Origin: an uncultured archaeon
GTDB taxonomy: Archaea; Aenigmatarchaeota; Aenigmatarchaeia; QMZP01; JACQNV01
Assembly: GCA_964410585.1 (NCBI GenBank)
Contig: CAYPFW010000001.1
Span: forward strand, 536,454-600,453
Reading direction: 5' to 3'
Length of the DNA: 64,000 nt
Below the pieces are notes generated by a model. It saw only the letters and a program-made list of their open reading frames with translations. It ran no database searches and was not told the DNA's origin. The position numbers and the translations under genes were made by a program. Shown piece by piece: positions 61,282 to 64,000 of the stretch; positions within the stretch are counted from its first letter, which is position 1, and every line of letters starts with the position of its first letter.

Positions 61282-61343
61282 ATACAACACTCAAGACCCA
61301 TGACACAAGACTCAACCAATTTAATAAGAAACTGCCCAGACAA

Positions 61344-61487
61344 CTTTGATCTATTGGCAAGGAAGGAACCAAGATTAGGGATCAAGTCATAGAGTTTGTA
61401 AAACTCATATAATTTCCTGTTCCTAGGATCGTTGTTAGCGTTAACGTTGAAAGGACCGTTATGATCGTTAGACCAACGATTAACAGC
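61344..61487 (-). ncRNA. DGR template repeat (111 nt plus 33-nt insert)
   Basis: AAC-rich; 24 mismatches to the VR, all at TR adenines. Confidence 0.95.
61381..61413 (-). other. Putative 33-nt BHB/BHL intron inside the TR
   Basis: CAGG/CUUG central helix, AAA and AUC bulges, internal hairpin; absent from the VR. Confidence 0.8.
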
Positions 61488-61914
61488 AGCGATCTTGTAG
61501 CCCAGTTACCAAATACAGTTTTTTGCAAAACTGCACACCACAGCTTTAGCTTCACCTTAAAATGCTCCACTATCACTGTTGAATTTCATGGCACAAGCAA
61601 TTGATTTTAAACAGACCGACGCAGATCTTGAGGCAATTATAAAGGATCTGCGTCAAACCTTTTAGCATTTATGCATGCGCACTATAACCGGGCATGTAGT
61701 TCACACGCACACTAGGGATGTGCCATTCGATCACATCTCGTGGTATGATTGTCATCGGCACTATCTCACTTGGAGATACCTACACTGGCGTTCAGTTTGA
61801 CACTGATCGTGTATAGTTTATTAGAGATCAGTGTCAACCTTTTTTAGCTATCTGGGACAGCTACCTCTACAAAATGTAAAGGTAATATAGAATTAGTGAT
61901 GTAATAATTTATGT

Positions 61915-62820
61915 TTATTCCTGACCAAGTTCTCTTAATGTTCTTTTGAGTTCTTTATTGGCAGCATCTATTTCTGCTAGTCTTTTTCTGTCAGCCACAA
62001 AAATCCTGTAATCTTTTTCTGTAACTACAACTACACCGTTTTCAGAAGCTTGGCTCGCTCCGCTCGCCGACCTACTGGCAAGGAAGGAACCAAGAAAAGG
62101 GAGCCCGCCCCTAGGAACGCCGCTAGCGTAAACGTAGAAAGGACCGCCATGAACGTAAGACCAACGAACAACAGCCGCGATGCCTTGACCTTCACTTCTT
62201 CCATAGAATCTTGATGCCTCGTTTTCTGCAAGCTCTTCTGAGAAACCCGATTTCATTAAACTTTGCACAGCTTGTTTTCTTTTTCCTAATGCAAACGGTG
62301 TCCCTGTATCTGTCCTGTACAAACCGTCAACTGTCATTAAAACCCATCTTGAATCATCATTTTCTGCAATTGGTAAAAGAATATGATAGACTTCTGACTG
62401 CTCTCCTAATTCAACTGTTCCACCTGCTATGCTAGCTGGATGAACAACCCATCGTACAGAAGCGTGGCCTTCTTTTCTTAGTGATGGATCTCCGTTATTA
62501 TAATCGCAGGCGTCGTCTGTTGCTGTTCCCCTTCCTCTTTCTTGGAATAGGTCATAGACAACAATTCCAGCTTTTTGGGATTCTGAATCACCTACTGGTT
62601 TATCTGCCTTTTGTCTTAATCCTAATTCATAAAGAAATCTTTGGTCTCTCAAAGCACCAGAATATTTGTGCAGTTCAGATAATGGCTTTGATGTCCCTAA
62701 ATGATTTATTTCTGTTCCTGCTTGCCCTTCAAAAACAAAAGGCCTTAACCTGTTTAAGTCTCCTAATCCATATGCCTGCACTCTAGGAACTTGTATTATT
62801 GAAGCTGTTTCTGTTGTCAT
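61915..62820 (-). CDS. DGR target protein (probable CLec-like fold, with C-terminal coiled-coil extension)
   Basis: Contains the VR: AVVRWSYVHGGPFYVYASGVPRGGLPFLGSFLASRSA. Confidence 0.9.
   Translation of the reverse strand: MTTETASIIQVPRVQAYGLGDLNRLRPFVFEGQAGTEINHLGTSKPLSELHKYSGALRDQRFLYELGLRQKADKPVGDSESQKAGIVVYDLFQERGRGTATDDACDYNNGDPSLRKEGHASVRWVVHPASIAGGTVELGEQSEVYHILLPIAENDDSRWVLMTVDGLYRTDTGTPFALGKRKQAVQSLMKSGFSEELAENEASRFYGRSEGQGIAAVVRWSYVHGGPFYVYASGVPRGGLPFLGSFLASRSASGASQASENGVVVVTEKDYRIFVADRKRLAEIDAANKELKRTLRELGQE
62052..62068 (-). promoter_or_regulatory. Hairpin at the VR 3' end (candidate homing/IMH hairpin)
   Basis: GGC-GA-GC-GGA-GC-GA-GCC; absent after the TR. Confidence 0.55.
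62065..62175 (-). repeat. DGR variable repeat
   Basis: 111 nt colinear with the spliced TR. Confidence 0.95.
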
Positions 62821-62900
62821 AACAAATCAATAACTTATTTTGCACAGAAGGATTTATAAAGGTTTTGGTAGGTTGCTACTTGAGAGTTATATATATCGAA

Positions 62901-64000
62901 TTAAAAAACCATCTCAGATTCTCTCAACCATTTCAAATCAGTTGAAAATAAATATCTAATATCTTTTATTCCAAGCTTGAACATTGCTAACCTGTCTATA
63001 CCTATTCCCCATGCAATGCAGGGTGCATCAACGCCTAGCGGTTTTGTCATCTCCTCTCTAAACATCCCTGCCCCACCAAATTCAACCCATCCTAATTCAG
63101 GATGCTTGGCTGACATCTGCACCGACATCTCAGTAAACGGATAATAATCGGGTAAGAACTTAACTTGCGTCGCGCCTGCAACTTCTTTTGCAAACATTTC
63201 AAGCACACCCAATAAATTCCTAAAGCTTAAATTTTCTCCAACAACAAAACCCCCAGTTTGATTAAATTCTATTAAATGAGTAGCATCTAAAACATCTGGC
63301 CTAAAACACCTGACAACCTGAAAATACTTTCCTGGAACTTTTAAGTTTTTCATGGATAAAGTTTTTGGAGAAATTGCTGTATCATGTGCAACTGGCATAA
63401 GTTTAGAAGCTGTTTTAGGATTCCATGTATATCCCCACCCAGTAGACCCAGTTTTACCTCCATTTTCATGAGCTTCTTTCACTCTATCAACAAGTTTCGG
63501 ATCTGGTAGATTCCCATACTTGGGTTCTTTCAAAGAATATGTTTCTGTCCAGTCTCTTGATGGATGATTTTGTGGTTGATACAAAGCATCAAAATTCCAA
63601 AATTCTTGTATTATAGACTGACCTCGTATTTCATCAAAACCTAGTTCAATTAATTTTGTTCTAACCCTTTCCAAAAACTGGTTGTATGGCTGCCTTTTTC
63701 CTGGGTAAATTTTCTTGCCGACAAACTCAACATTATATGGTCTTATTTTTGTTTTAGCCCACAAACCAGTTTTAACAAGCTCTGGAGTCAGCTTGTCAAT
63801 TTCCTTTCCAATAAAAGCTTCTGCTTTTTTCAAATCATCTTCTCTGTCTTCTTTCAAAAGCTTTCTAAAAATTAGGACTTTTAATAAGTCTTCGGAAACT
63901 TTTCCACTTTCAACATCCTTCAGCGCATTTTGCAGCGAGGCATCAGGTTGTTTGACAGGAATGAGCTTTCCTTCTTTGATTTCAACCCATCCATTTTTCT
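62901..64000 (-). CDS. pheS: Phenylalanyl-tRNA synthetase alpha subunit (5' truncated by window edge)
   Basis: [43 protein letters not shown]; frame open to the edge. Confidence 0.95.
   Translation of the reverse strand, partial: KNGWVEIKEGKLIPVKQPDASLQNALKDVESGKVSEDLLKVLIFRKLLKEDREDDLKKAEAFIGKEIDKLTPELVKTGLWAKTKIRPYNVEFVGKKIYPGKRQPYNQFLERVRTKLIELGFDEIRGQSIIQEFWNFDALYQPQNHPSRDWTETYSLKEPKYGNLPDPKLVDRVKEAHENGGKTGSTGWGYTWNPKTASKLMPVAHDTAISPKTLSMKNLKVPGKYFQVVRCFRPDVLDATHLIEFNQTGGFVVGENLSFRNLLGVLEMFAKEVAGATQVKFLPDYYPFTEMSVQMSAKHPELGWVEFGGAGMFREEMTKPLGVDAPCIAWGIGIDRLAMFKLGIKDIRYLFSTDLKWLRESEMVF

Larger units (their letters stand above)
59805..62820 (-). mobile_element. Diversity-generating retroelement (target/VR - TR - avd - RT)
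   Basis: RT, Avd and a TR/VR pair with adenine-only mismatches. Confidence 0.97.

Noticed and set aside
61495-61550. Second BHB intron upstream of the TR (hairpin CAGTTTT/AAAACTG)
   Set aside because: Central helix would be mostly G-U pairs and there is no intron-less copy for comparison
61382-61576. 64-aa ORF over the TR
   Set aside because: Alternative-frame translation of the TR and its insert; no coding support
1-64000. CRISPR array or rRNA
   Set aside because: No regularly spaced repeats, cas genes or rRNA-like sequence seen

Overview
AT-rich archaeal window, most consistent with a DPANN-type genome (inference from archaeal Spt5/SecE/FtsZ, XPF, PheS/PheT, intron-rich tRNAs and many class III signal-peptide proteins). 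About 1-9 kb holds accessory and housekeeping genes. About 9-30.5 kb is a pilin-like/surface-protein region with a duplicated three-gene cassette. About 31-58 kb is mostly housekeeping (Lhr, ftsZ, leuS, dinB, minD, metK, pheT) with two intron-containing tRNA-Arg genes. Between pheS and pheT lies a ~4.7 kb island with a complete diversity-generating retroelement (DGR: target/VR, TR, avd, RT) and a LAGLIDADG gene. Top finding: the DGR template repeat is interrupted by a 33-nt insert that is absent from the VR. The insert folds as an archaeal bulge-helix-bulge/loop intron, and its predicted cut sites remove exactly those 33 nt and rebuild an AAC codon, suggesting a DGR whose template RNA must be spliced by the tRNA splicing endonuclease. 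Second finding: two divergent LAGLIDADG genes share a conserved ~410-470 bp structured leader with a conserved micro-ORF. All alignments and folds were done by eye; no searches were run.
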